64,000 bases of DNA from an uncultured Acidobacteriota bacterium (lineage in GTDB: Bacteria > Acidobacteriota > Thermoanaerobaculia > Gp7-AA8): NCBI GenBank assembly GCA_937870635.1, contig CALMZP010000167.1:40917-104916 (forward strand), given 5' to 3'. Positions within the stretch are counted from its first letter, which is position 1. Each line of letters begins with the position of its first letter. A program made the translations under genes and the position numbers. The notes beneath the pieces were generated by a model, which saw only the letters and a list, made by a program, of their open reading frames with translations, had not been told where the DNA came from and did not search any database. Shown piece by piece: positions 1 through 10,762 of the stretch.

Positions 1-185
1 TTCTCGTATCCATGGAGCCCCGCGGCGATCCTGCTGATGCACTCCGATGGCATCGGAACGGGCTGGAGCATCGATCAGTATCCGGGACTGCGGACGCAAT
101 CCCCCGAGGTGATCGCTGCCGTGATCTATCGCGATCATTGCCGCGGGACCGACGACGCCACGATCGTCGTCGCAAAGGGACGGGG

Positions 186-1934
186 ATGACGATCGGGATC
201 TCATCGATCACACTCGCTCACGACCACGATCTGGTTGCCGCCCGTCAGAGAGCGCGTCAGATCGCCACGACCCTCGGTTTCGATGCCCAGGATCAGACCC
301 GGATCGCCACGGTGGTATCGGAGACGGCGCGAAACGTCATCCGTTACGCGAAGTCGGGAAAAATCGAGTTTGGCATCGCACCGGGCGACGTCGCGCTGCT
401 GGTCATCACCGTCACCGATCGCGGACCGGGCATCGCCGATCTCGAAATGATCCTCGCCGGCAAGTACGTGTCGAAGAGCGGGATGGGCATCGGGATCACC
501 GGTGCGCGGCGTCTCATGGACGATTTCCAGATCACTTCGTCGTCGGACAACGGAACGACCGTGCGCATGAGCAAGATCATTCCGCGCCGCGGCGGGATCA
601 GGCCGGACGACATCGAACGGATCAGCCGCGAGCTCGTGAGACAGACGCCGCAAAGTCCGCTGGACGAGCTGGCGGATCAGAATACACACCTCCTGAAGGC
701 CCTGGCCGATCTTCAGGACCGTCAGTCCGAGCTCGAAGGACTGAACCAGGAGCTCGAGGACACGAACCGCGGAGTGCTGGCGCTCTACGCGGAGCTGGAC
801 GAGAAAGCTGTTTCTCTGCGCCGGGCCGACACTCTGAAGACCCGCTTCCTGTCCGACATGGGCCATGAGTTCCGCACGCCCGTCAATTCCATTCTGGCCC
901 TCACGAGATTGCTGGACGAGGCCGACCTCTCCGCGCAGGCGCGCAAACAGGTGTCGCTCATCCGGCGCGCGGCAGAAGACCTCGAATCGCTGCTGAGCGA
1001 TCTCCTCGACCTCGCGAAGATCGAGGCCGGGAAAGTCGATGTTCGGGAAACGGCGTTCGAGGTGAACAATCTGTTCAGTGCGCTCCGGGGCATGCTCCGT
1101 CCGCTGCTGCTGAACCGTTCGGTCGCGCTGATCTTCGAGGATACGGAAGGCTTTCCGCCGATGGTTTCCGACGAAGGGAAGATCTCGCAGATCCTGCGCA
1201 ACTTCATTTCCAATGCCTTGAAGTTCACCGAAGCGGGCGAGATCCGTGTCAGCGCCTCACTTTCGGACGACAGCCGTTTCGTCACCTTTTCGGTCGCCGA
1301 TACCGGGATCGGCATCGCGCCGGAAGATCAGGAGCGGATCTTCGAGGAGTTCACGCAGATCGACGGACCGCTGCAGCGCCGGCAGAAAGGTACCGGCCTC
1401 GGACTGCCCCTCACCAGAAAGCTGGCCGCGCTGCTCGGCGGAACCGTTCGAGTCGAAAGCCTGCCCGGCATCGGCTCGACTTTTTTCGCATCTCTCCCGG
1501 TCCAAGTCGGCGATACCGGTAAGATGGAGGAGATGCCTGAAGGAACACGGCCGGAGTCCGGCCGTTCCAACCGTATCCTCATCATCGATGATGACGAGAC
1601 GGCCAGGTACACCCTCGGCAGCTTCGCTTCCCGGCCGGGCATCGAGCTTTTCGAAGCGGAGAATGGCCTCGACGGGATCGAGGTAGCCCGCCGCGAAAAG
1701 CCGGATCTGATCATGCTCGACCTCATGATGCCGGGCATCGGAGGCCATGAGGTTCTGGAGCGGCTCAAGGACGATCCACAAACCGCATCGATCCCCGTGG
1801 TGATGATCACCTCCCGTTTCATCAATGAAGACGAGCGGCATCAGATCCTGGGCCGCGCCTCCAGGGTCATCTACAAAGGCGATCTGTCGCGGGAGCTCGT
1901 GACCAGCGTGATCGACGAAGCCGTGAAGGGGTAA
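186..1934 (+). CDS. Hybrid sensor histidine kinase / response regulator with an extra N-terminal RsbW/SpoIIAB-like GHKL Ser-kinase (anti-sigma regulatory factor) domain
   Basis: The longest ORF runs 12..1934 but the probable ATG is at 186 (MTIGISS...). The N-terminus has GHKL-like motifs (VSETARNVIRYA, DRGPGIADL, GMGIGITGARRLMDDF). This is followed by a coiled-coil, a HisKA H-box (HEFRTPVNSI), a HATPase_c domain (DTGIGIAPEDQERIFEEF, GTGLGL) and a C-terminal receiver domain (ILIIDDDETARY, DLIMLDLMMPGIGG). Confidence 0.8.
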   Translation: MTIGISSITLAHDHDLVAARQRARQIATTLGFDAQDQTRIATVVSETARNVIRYAKSGKIEFGIAPGDVALLVITVTDRGPGIADLEMILAGKYVSKSGMGIGITGARRLMDDFQITSSSDNGTTVRMSKIIPRRGGIRPDDIERISRELVRQTPQSPLDELADQNTHLLKALADLQDRQSELEGLNQELEDTNRGVLALYAELDEKAVSLRRADTLKTRFLSDMGHEFRTPVNSILALTRLLDEADLSAQARKQVSLIRRAAEDLESLLSDLLDLAKIEAGKVDVRETAFEVNNLFSALRGMLRPLLLNRSVALIFEDTEGFPPMVSDEGKISQILRNFISNALKFTEAGEIRVSASLSDDSRFVTFSVADTGIGIAPEDQERIFEEFTQIDGPLQRRQKGTGLGLPLTRKLAALLGGTVRVESLPGIGSTFFASLPVQVGDTGKMEEMPEGTRPESGRSNRILIIDDDETARYTLGSFASRPGIELFEAENGLDGIEVARREKPDLIMLDLMMPGIGGHEVLERLKDDPQTASIPVVMITSRFINEDERHQILGRASRVIYKGDLSRELVTSVIDEAVKG

Positions 1935-1938
1935 CGGT

Positions 1939-2003
1939 AATTTTGGATTTTGGATTTTAGATTTTGGATTGCGTCTCGAATCCAAAATCGCAAATCCAAG
2001 AAT
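1939..2003. terminator. Imperfect palindrome of tandem heptamers (ATTTTGG)n / (CCAAAAT)n between convergent stop codons; probable bidirectional terminator
   Basis: Left arm is aattttggattttggattttagattttggatt and right arm is aatccaaaatcgcaaatccaagaat. It lies between the TAA stop at 1932-1934 and the minus-strand stop at 2006-2008. Confidence 0.5.
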
Positions 2004-2005
2004 AT

Positions 2006-2416
2006 TCAGGCGCTTTTCAGCTCCACTTCCACCGCGCGCAGCAGCCCGTCCAGGTCCACCGGTTTCCGATAGACCGCGCGCGCGAGGCCTCCGTACCGCT
2101 GCTCGATCGTTTCGCTCGGCAGGTCGTCAGCCGGCGCGCCGGTCACGACGATGATCGCCGGCGGGTCTCCCTGAAAGTTCAGCGACGGATCTGAGATCAT
2201 CGCCCGCAGAGAGTCGAGAAAATCGGCGCCGCTCATCTTCGGCATCATCATGTCGAGGATCACGACTTGAAAGCGGCGTGTGAGGATGTGATGGAGCGCG
2301 TCGACACCGTCCCGCGCGCCCTCGACGCATACCCGGCCGCGATCGCCGAGGTGCTCGATGAGGGCTTTCCGGATCGCTTCGTCGTCCTCGACCACAAGAA
2401 CCTGGCTTCGGGCCAT
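2006..2416 (-). CDS. Single-domain response regulator (CheY-like receiver)
   Basis: MARSQVLVVEDDEAIRKAL ... FQVVILDMMMPKMSGADFL; ATG start (cat) at 2414-2416. Confidence 0.8.
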   Translation of the reverse strand: MARSQVLVVEDDEAIRKALIEHLGDRGRVCVEGARDGVDALHHILTRRFQVVILDMMMPKMSGADFLDSLRAMISDPSLNFQGDPPAIIVVTGAPADDLPSETIEQRYGGLARAVYRKPVDLDGLLRAVEVELKSA

Positions 2417-2448
2417 CTGCTCCGTTCGTCGAGCACGAAATCGGCCAG

Positions 2449-2973
2449 CTACCAGCCCTTCTCTTTTCGAAGCGAAGTGATGTGGGCGACGTGATGGCGG
2501 CCGTGCCACGCGTACATCGCGATGAGCCAATCCACCGTGACCGCGCCGTGCTCAGGGTGCCGGAACGTGCGCTCGAACGCCGCAGCGTCGAGTGATCGGA
2601 GCAGGCGGACCCAACGGTCGTGAACGGACTCGAGGAGCATCAGTGACGTTTCGATCGGGGTATCGCGGCTGTCGGCGAGATCGGCCCACGCTGACTGGTC
2701 GTACGGCTTGATCGTCGGCTCTCGCTCAGTCAGAGCGAGTTTGAGGCGGGTGTATCCATTGAGGTGGCTGTCCGGCACGTGATGAACCACCTGCCGGACC
2801 GTCCAGCCACCTTCCCGATACGGAGTATTCAGCTGCGGCTCGCTGAGTCCCCGCACCGCGTCGCGCATCCTCGCCGGGGCGGCTGCGATCTGTTCGATCA
2901 TCGCGAGCCGCTCGTCTGGATTCAGCTTCGAGCGGCTCTCAAATTTCCCGACGGGGTAGCGCAGGTCTGTCAT
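2449..2973 (-). CDS. DinB_2 / YfiT-like metal-dependent hydrolase family protein
   Basis: MTDLRYPVGKF ... VVHHVPDSHLNGYTRL ... AWHGRHHVAHI, with His motifs typical of the DinB/YfiT fold. ATG at 2973. Confidence 0.65.
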   Translation of the reverse strand: MTDLRYPVGKFESRSKLNPDERLAMIEQIAAAPARMRDAVRGLSEPQLNTPYREGGWTVRQVVHHVPDSHLNGYTRLKLALTEREPTIKPYDQSAWADLADSRDTPIETSLMLLESVHDRWVRLLRSLDAAAFERTFRHPEHGAVTVDWLIAMYAWHGRHHVAHITSLRKEKGW

Positions 2974-2981
2974 TTCGGACC

Positions 2982-3851
2982 CTACGGTTTGACCAGGCCC
3001 TGGTAGGTATCGGGGCGGCGGTCGCGAAAGAATTGCCAGGTGTTTCGAACTTCGCGAATCTTGTCGAGATCGAGCTCTGCCGTGACCAGCGCATCCTTGT
3101 CGCGTGCGGCCATCGCCTCGAACTGACCTCGCGGGTCGCAGAAGTAGCTCTGCCCGTAGAACTCGCCGATGTTCCACGGAGCTTCATATCCGACACGGTT
3201 GATCGCGCCGACGAAGTATCCGTTCGCAACCGCGTGCGCCGGCTGTTCGAGCTTCCACAGATATTCGGACAGCCCCGCAACGGTGGCCGATGGGTTGAAT
3301 ACGATCTCAGCCCCATTGAGGCCGAGCTCGCGCGCACCTTCCGGGAAGTGGCGGTCATAACAGATGTACACGCCGACCCGGGCGTAGCGCGTGTTGAATA
3401 CCGGGTAGCCCAGGTTACCCGGGCGGAAGTAATACTTTTCCCAGAACCCCGGCGCAACGTGGGGGATGTGATTCTTCCGGTATTTGCCGAGGTAGGTGCC
3501 GTCGGCGTCGATGACGGCCGCGGTGTTGTAGTAGACGCCGGTCGCCTCCTCTTCATAGAGGGGAACGACGATGACCATGCTGTAGCGCTTCGCATAGTCC
3601 TGCATGAGTTTCGTCGTCGGCCCATCGGGGATGCGCTCGACGGATTCGTACCAGCGCGGATTCTGTTCCGCACAGAAGTAGGGGCCGGTGAAGATCTCCT
3701 GCATGCAGAGGAGCTGGACGCCGGCCCTACCGGCCTCGTCAACGTACTTCAGCGTGCGCTCGATCTGAGCCTCACGGATTTTCTCGAGTGGCTCGTCGAC
3801 GCTCGCGGCGAGCGAGGTCTGAATGAGGCCGGCTTTCACGATTCGGGACAT
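2982..3851 (-). CDS. Beta-ureidopropionase / N-carbamoyl-beta-alanine amidohydrolase (carbon-nitrogen hydrolase superfamily)
   Basis: Nitrilase-superfamily fold with the catalytic Cys in VGVYICYDRHFPE, which resembles the ICYGRHHP motif of beta-ureidopropionases. Genomic context is the pyrimidine catabolic gene set. Confidence 0.8.
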   Translation of the reverse strand: MSRIVKAGLIQTSLAASVDEPLEKIREAQIERTLKYVDEAGRAGVQLLCMQEIFTGPYFCAEQNPRWYESVERIPDGPTTKLMQDYAKRYSMVIVVPLYEEEATGVYYNTAAVIDADGTYLGKYRKNHIPHVAPGFWEKYYFRPGNLGYPVFNTRYARVGVYICYDRHFPEGARELGLNGAEIVFNPSATVAGLSEYLWKLEQPAHAVANGYFVGAINRVGYEAPWNIGEFYGQSYFCDPRGQFEAMAARDKDALVTAELDLDKIREVRNTWQFFRDRRPDTYQGLVKP

Positions 3852-3991
3852 GGATTCTCCTTGGATGGGATGGGGGGACATTATCTGTCAAGTGCTGTCA
3901 TCTCGGAGTGCGGCAGCAAGCCGCACTCCATGACGCAAGTATTTGTATCTGTAACCTAACTTCCTACGACGCCGCTCGTAGTTACTCAGGA

Positions 3992-5011
3992 ATGACATTG
4001 CCAGGGTCGGTCCCGGCCGGGACTCGGGTCGGCCGTTACGAAATCGTGTCGCTCCTCGGACGCGGCGGTATGGGCGAGGTCTACAGCGCCACCGATTCGA
4101 ATCTCGGCCGGCAGGTCGCGCTGAAGATTCTTCCCAGCCACCGCACCTCCGATCTCGATCGCGTGGCGCGCTTCGTCCGGGAAGCACGAGCCTCCTCGGC
4201 GCTCAACCATCCTTCGATCGTCGCCGTTCACGACGCCGGATCCGAGGGAGATGTGCACTACCTGGCGATGGAGCTGATCGACGGCGAACCGTTGAGCATC
4301 TGGATGAAGAAGTCGCGTGGTCTGTCGCGAATCATCGAGCTGATGGCGCAGGTCGCCGAAGGCCTCGCTCGCGCGCACGCTCATGGAATCGTTCATCGCG
4401 ATCTCAAGCCGGACAACTCATCCATCTCGATTCGCCGCTGGACGAGATTCCCGAAAAGGTCGGCGGATTATCCGGCCTCGCCAGACGACTTCGAATGGAT
4501 CTCACTGGTGACCGCAAATCACGGGGTCACGACGGGCACGACGAGCGGCGAACGAGCGGCCGCGTACGGCGCGGCGATCCGCACGCAGCTCGGCGCAAAG
4601 AACGGGTTCCCGGTGTTCAGTCCATACAATCCGGACTGGGCGCCGAAGTATCATACGAACTTCCTATCCGCGTACGCGGTACTCGGCACCTATGTCAATC
4701 TCCTTTACGAGAACGTCGATTATCCGCTCGAGCAGACGGGCTGGGTGTTCGCGCACGAGATGGGCCACGTTTTCTGGGCGTGTGACGAGTATCAGGCCCA
4801 GTGCCAGCGGTTCATGGATCCGCCATGTTCGAACTGCTATGGCACCTTCAGCGGCGATCCTGAAGCCGCCGAGAACGGGCCCGGTCCGCGAGAGGCCTCC
4901 ATGAACTGGAATTGTGAATTGTGCACGCCGAACGGACCGGATGCATGCTTGATGCATGCAACCACGTCAAGCAACTGGAGCAACCGTAGTACGTGCATAC
5001 CCGGCGAATGA
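3992..5011 (+). pseudogene. Chimeric ORF made of a Ser/Thr protein kinase N-lobe (truncated immediately after HRDLKPDN) fused in-frame to a lower-GC Cys-rich segment with an HEXXH zinc-metalloprotease motif (HEMGH)
   Basis: The kinase subdomains are present (GRGGMGEVY, VALK, HRDLKPDN) but the DFG/APE half is missing. From about 4435 the GC content drops and the sequence reads FAHEMGHVFWACDEYQAQCQ... The kinase C-terminal remnants appear separately at 5765-6092. Confidence 0.55.
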
Positions 5012-5039
5012 TCGGATGGCCGGAATAGTGGAGGAGCAA

Positions 5040-5759
5040 ATGCGAACCACTCTTGCCCTCCTCGCCGTACTCATCGCCGTCCCGCTCTTCGGACAGGGTG
5101 TTCCTCCGAGCGAGCGAATCCTGGTGCCAATCTTTGCCCAGCCAGGTCCCGGTGCATTCGGCTCCTTCTGGCAATCGGAACTCTGGGACCACAACGATAC
5201 CGATGAGCCAGTCCAGACTGGCTTAGGTCCAGTCTTACCGCCGAAGACCACGATCGGACCGCTGGTCGGGGACCGGGCCGTCGGCACGCCAGGGTTAGTC
5301 ATGTTCACGCGTCGAGAACACGAGGCGCACCTCCATTTCAGTGTCCGGATTCGGGATTTATCACGCCAGGCGCAGACATGGGGTACAGAGATTCCGGTGG
5401 TACGCGAGTCAGAGTTCTTTACCGGCAGAATGCAGCTCCTCGCCGTCCCCACAGACGGCCGTTTTCGTACGATGCTCCGCGTTTACGAGTTCCTCGGATT
5501 TGGCCTGTCGCCGGGGGCGGTGCGGGTCCGCTTCTACAGGACCGGCGTCTCGCCAGACGTCCTTCTGCACGAGCAGACAGTCTCACTGGCAGGCACGGGC
5601 GTCCTCGCATACGCGCAGCTCGCCTCATTGCCGCCTGAGGTATCTGATGCAGCACCAGTTCGCATCGAGATCGAGCCGCTCAAAGAGATGTGGTTCTGGG
5701 CGTTCGTCAGTATCACCAACAACCAAACCCAGCACGTCACGATCATCACGCCCCAGTAG
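5040..5759 (+). CDS. Secreted hypothetical protein (signal peptide MRTTLALLAVLIAVPLFGQG)
   Basis: Good RBS (ggaggag) followed by an ATG at 5040. The GC content is lower than in the flanks. No recognisable domain. Confidence 0.55.
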   Translation: MRTTLALLAVLIAVPLFGQGVPPSERILVPIFAQPGPGAFGSFWQSELWDHNDTDEPVQTGLGPVLPPKTTIGPLVGDRAVGTPGLVMFTRREHEAHLHFSVRIRDLSRQAQTWGTEIPVVRESEFFTGRMQLLAVPTDGRFRTMLRVYEFLGFGLSPGAVRVRFYRTGVSPDVLLHEQTVSLAGTGVLAYAQLASLPPEVSDAAPVRIEIEPLKEMWFWAFVSITNNQTQHVTIITPQ

Positions 5760-5764
5760 AGCCG

Positions 5765-6092
5765 CCGTCAGGCTTCGGCCCTCACAGCCCGCAGGAGAAG
5801 TCAGCGCGGATGGGGTTCTCGCCCGACCGTAACTATCTCTACTACTCGTCTGCTCTCCGCAGCGAGCCGAACATCTTCCACGTCTTCCAGATGCCGCTGC
5901 TCGGTGGCAGGCCTCGCCGGGTCGCGACCGACACCGAGTCGTGGTTCTCGTTGTCGCCCGACGGAGCGTCGATCGTGTTTGCGTGCCAGCGGTGTGATCT
6001 TTTCGTACGACGTCTCCAGCGACGGGCGAACGCTCGTGATGGCGCGCGGCGAGCCAACCAGCGACGCGGTGCTGATCAGCAACTGGCGCTAG
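5765..6092 (+). pseudogene. Frameshifted remnant of the TolB/PD40 beta-propeller C-terminus of the disrupted Ser/Thr kinase
   Basis: Two frames translate to PD40-like blades: FSPDRNYLYYSS...SLSPDGASIVFA (frame 2) and GVIFSYDVSSDGRTLVMARGEPTSDAVLISNWR (frame 3). There is no start codon, and the fragment shares the reading frame of the 3992 kinase N-lobe. Confidence 0.5.
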
Positions 6093-6448
6093 GTTGCGGT
6101 TTTCGTCGCCGGGAGATCGCGTGAAACGCGCAGCAGCATCAGCGTCTTGCCGATCGTGAACTCGTCCCCGGTGCGAAGTTCCACGGGCGACGTGATGCGG
6201 ACCGTGCCCAGGTAAGAGCCGTTCTTGCTGCCGAGATCTTCGAGGGTGACGCGGTCGCCGTCGACGATGATCCGCGCATGATGGCGTGATACTTCGGGAG
6301 CGTTGATGCAGATGGTGTCGTTCGGATCGCGGCCGATCGGGTTCACGCCCTGGCGGAGAAAGATCCCCTCGCGCCCGACGATCACCACGAACTGCGCGGT
6401 GACGTCGGCCACGCCCGTGGCGTCGAAGGCGTAGCCGAATCGGTGCAC
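6089..6448 (-). CDS. FHA (forkhead-associated) domain protein
   Basis: IGRDPNDTICINAPEVSRHHARIIVDGDRVTLEDLGSKNGSYL, a canonical FHA core. Confidence 0.7.
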   Translation of the reverse strand: MHRFGYAFDATGVADVTAQFVVIVGREGIFLRQGVNPIGRDPNDTICINAPEVSRHHARIIVDGDRVTLEDLGSKNGSYLGTVRITSPVELRTGDEFTIGKTLMLLRVSRDLPATKTAT

Positions 6449-6711
6449 GGTGCGGATGATGGCGTGATCCTCGTCGCCCAGGGCCTGTCGAATCTCGGAG
6501 ACGAGATTGTGGAGGTTGCCCTGCTCGACGATGGTATCGGGCCAGAGCAGTTCACCGTCATCCTCTCGGCGCTTCCAGGCCTTCGGCCGGCGATCACCAG
6601 GAGGCGAAACGCCTCGCCCTTCCTGTTGTCGTCGTCACACCGTCGGCCGTGATCGCAGCGATGCCGGACGGCACGGCTCGCACGATGATCGCAGGACCGC
6701 ACTGGTGGCGC

Positions 6712-8097
<1,386 letters not shown>

Positions 8098-8115
8098 GCT
8101 CACTCTCCGTAAGCG

Positions 8116-9084
8116 GTGACTATAACGCCGGTTCTGTCAGACAATGCGCCGCGCATGTCCGTGATCCTTCCCGAATATCACCCGGTGGGCCAGCTGCCCG
8201 CGCAGGACATCCTCGCCCTCGTGACGTTCGGCGGTCCGGTGATCCGTACGGACGTGCTCAGCTTCAACGTGCCGATCCCCCAGATCGGAGACCCCGTCGC
8301 GGAGGTGTGGCGGACGAAGGGCAAAGTCCTGCGTGAGACGCGTGGCGGAATCGAGATTGCGCGTACGGATGACGTCCTGTTCGGTACGGTCCGGGCCACG
8401 GGCCGCTCCGATGAAGCCACATTCGACATTTACGACTCGCTGGTCGAGGTTTGCCGCGGATCGGGCTACCCGAATCTCTGGCGGATGTGGAATCACGTCG
8501 GCGGAATCAACGAGGATGAAGAATGCCTCGAGCGCTACAAGCGGTTCTCATCCGGCCGTCATGAGGCGCTGACCGCTCATGGATATTCGAAAGACCGTTT
8601 TCCGGCAGCGAGCGCCGTAGGTATGAGCGAGCCGGGACTGCTCGTGTACTTCATCGCCGGACGCCAGGAGGGCGTGCAGGCGGAGAATCCCCGCCAGGTC
8701 AGCGCATACGACTATCCGCCGCAATACGGGCCGCGAAGTCCGTCGTTCTCGCGCGCGACCGTCGTCCACGGCGGCCTGATTTTCGTTTCCGGCACGGCGA
8801 GCGTCGTCGGCCATGAGACGAAGCACAGCGGCGATGCGGCCCGCCAGCTGGAGGAGACGATCGAAAATCTCGACGTCACCCTCTCCTCGGCGGCTGCGCG
8901 TGTGGGGCGCACTGCGTCGGCGCGCGACCTCACGACCACGAAGATCTATCTCCGTGCAGGGGTCGACCATCGCGAGCTCGAGCCGCGCCTTCGAGAGGTC
9001 TTCCGGTCGAGGATGGTCCTCCAGTCGGACATCTGCCGCCGCGAGCTCCTCCTGGAGATCGAGGGCGTCGCCGCGATCGCCTAG
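8116..9084 (+). CDS. Hypothetical protein with a C-terminal RidA/YjgF-like domain; possibly FkbO/Hyg5-type chorismatase family
   Basis: The C-terminal ATVVHGGLIFVSGTASVVGHETKHSGDAARQLEETIENL resembles RidA. A roughly 320-aa length with an N-terminal extension is typical of FkbO/Hyg5 chorismatases. Start is uncertain: GTG at 8116 or ATG at 8155. Confidence 0.45.
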   Translation: MTITPVLSDNAPRMSVILPEYHPVGQLPAQDILALVTFGGPVIRTDVLSFNVPIPQIGDPVAEVWRTKGKVLRETRGGIEIARTDDVLFGTVRATGRSDEATFDIYDSLVEVCRGSGYPNLWRMWNHVGGINEDEECLERYKRFSSGRHEALTAHGYSKDRFPAASAVGMSEPGLLVYFIAGRQEGVQAENPRQVSAYDYPPQYGPRSPSFSRATVVHGGLIFVSGTASVVGHETKHSGDAARQLEETIENLDVTLSSAAARVGRTASARDLTTTKIYLRAGVDHRELEPRLREVFRSRMVLQSDICRRELLLEIEGVAAIA

Positions 9085-9437
9085 CGATCCCGCTGCGGGC
9101 GGTTGCGCGCCGCGATCTGGCCCGCCGCGGTGAGTGAAAGAGAGAGAGGTTGCCCTGCTTTCAGCGGCTGAAACGCTCTCCATTCACGATCCTGCCCCTG
9201 CCATCGGTAGGTCAGGACGAGATGCTCGCTGGGCGGGACCGACAGCGCGCGCGATTCGCCGTTGCGCAGCGTCCCGATCTGCACCGGTCCGCCAGCCGTC
9301 GCGAGAACCGCGTTCTCCATCGGCGCTCCCGACTGGTTCATCAGTGTGACCCGCGCGGGAATCCTTCCGGCGTCCCACGTGACGTAAAGCAGGCCGGCTA
9401 CGCCGGCCGCGAGGAACCACAGCGCCTTCTTTGGCAA
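9081..9437 (-). CDS. Small membrane-anchored hypothetical protein (probable TTG start)
   Basis: High GC3 codon bias. N-terminal hydrophobic helix PKKALWFLAAGVAGLLYV followed by a soluble domain. It fills the 355-bp gap between convergent genes. Confidence 0.4.
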   Translation of the reverse strand: MPKKALWFLAAGVAGLLYVTWDAGRIPARVTLMNQSGAPMENAVLATAGGPVQIGTLRNGESRALSVPPSEHLVLTYRWQGQDREWRAFQPLKAGQPLSLSLTAAGQIAARNRPQRDR

Positions 9438-9439
9438 GG

Positions 9440-10744
9440 TCAGACCGTTGCGAACGCGGCGTCGAGAGCCGAGACCAGCTCGTCGATGTCCGCCTTCGAC
9501 GCGATGAGCGGAGGACCAAGCCGGATCACATTGCCGAACAGACCACCCTTGCCGATGAGCACACCACGCCGGCGTGTCTCCTCGAACACCTTGAGCACGG
9601 CCTTCGGATGGGGTTCCTTCGTCTTGCGGTCCACGACGCACTCGATCGCCTGCATGAGACCCATGCCGCGCACGTCCCCGATCACGGGGTATTTTTCCTT
9701 CAGAAGCTCGAGCCGCTCGCGAAGATAGCCGCCGACCACCGCGGCGTTGCGCGGAAGCTCGTGCTCTTCCATATAGCGGATCGTGGCCACGGCCGCGGCG
9801 GAGGTCACGGGATTGCCGCCGAACGTTGAGAAGGTGAGCATGGGAAACGCCTTCGAGATCTCATCGGTCGTGATCGTCGCGCCGATGGGGGAGCCGTTGG
9901 CCATTCCCTTCGCGAACGTCATGACGTCGGGCTCGACGTCCCAGTGCTCGATTCCGCACCACTTGTCGCCCGTCCGTCCCCATCCGGTCTGCACCTCATC
10001 CGCGATGAAGATCCCGCCGTAGCGACTGATGATGTCCTTGACCAGGCCGAAGTACTCCTTCGGGGGGACGATGAAGCCGCCGACTCCGAGGATCGGCTCC
10101 GCGATGAAGCCCGCAATCTTGCCGCTCGTCGTCGTCTGAATCACCTCTTCGACGTCCTGCGCGCATTTGACGCCGCAGTCGGGATACGACTGGCCGAACG
10201 GGCAGCGGTAACAGTACGGCGCGATGGCGTGATGGATGCCGGGGACCGCCGTGCCGCCGAGGCGCCAGGTCGAGTGTCCTGCGGCGCTCATGGCGAGCAT
10301 CGTGCGGCCGTGATACGCGTGGCGCAGCGCGATGATCTCCTGGCGCCCGGTGTAGAGCCGCGCCAGAAGGATGGCTGTCTCGTCAGCTTCCGATCCGCTG
10401 TTCGTGAAGAACGTCCGGCTCAGATCGCCGGGTGTCACTTCGGCGACCTTCGCGGCGAGCTCCGCCGCCGGCTTGTTGATGTAGAGGGTCGACGTGTGGG
10501 TGACCTTGTCGACCTGCTCGTGAATGGCGCGGTTGACCGCCGGGTTGGCGTGTCCGATCGATACGGTGAGGACCCCGCCGAAGCAATCGAGGTAACGATT
10601 GCCCTGCTCGTCCCACACGTGCATCCCTTCGCCGCGCTCGATGACGAGCGGCGTCTCGTAGTACGTCGCCGCGGCCGGCCAGGCGTGCCGCTTGTACTGC
10701 GCGGTCACGTCCGATTTCGTTTTCGGGTCGAGTACGTCGGTCAT
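9440..10744 (-). CDS. Class-III (omega) aminotransferase, probable beta-alanine:pyruvate transaminase
   Basis: PLP fold-type I class III motifs (FIAEPILGVGGFIVPP, DEVQTGWGRTG, MTFAKGMANG with the PLP lysine). ATG at 10744 with a ggag RBS. Confidence 0.85.
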   Translation of the reverse strand: MTDVLDPKTKSDVTAQYKRHAWPAAATYYETPLVIERGEGMHVWDEQGNRYLDCFGGVLTVSIGHANPAVNRAIHEQVDKVTHTSTLYINKPAAELAAKVAEVTPGDLSRTFFTNSGSEADETAILLARLYTGRQEIIALRHAYHGRTMLAMSAAGHSTWRLGGTAVPGIHHAIAPYCYRCPFGQSYPDCGVKCAQDVEEVIQTTTSGKIAGFIAEPILGVGGFIVPPKEYFGLVKDIISRYGGIFIADEVQTGWGRTGDKWCGIEHWDVEPDVMTFAKGMANGSPIGATITTDEISKAFPMLTFSTFGGNPVTSAAAVATIRYMEEHELPRNAAVVGGYLRERLELLKEKYPVIGDVRGMGLMQAIECVVDRKTKEPHPKAVLKVFEETRRRGVLIGKGGLFGNVIRLGPPLIASKADIDELVSALDAAFATV

Positions 10745-10762
10745 GATTTCTCCAATTTCGCC

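Noticed and set aside
3033-3959. 308-aa plus-strand ORF
   Set aside because: Antisense to beta-ureidopropionase, with no homology.
4435-5760. Calling the lower-GC insert in the kinase gene a mobile element
   Set aside because: No transposase or integrase, no terminal inverted repeats or target-site duplication could be recognised by eye. Reported only as an insertion/deletion scar.
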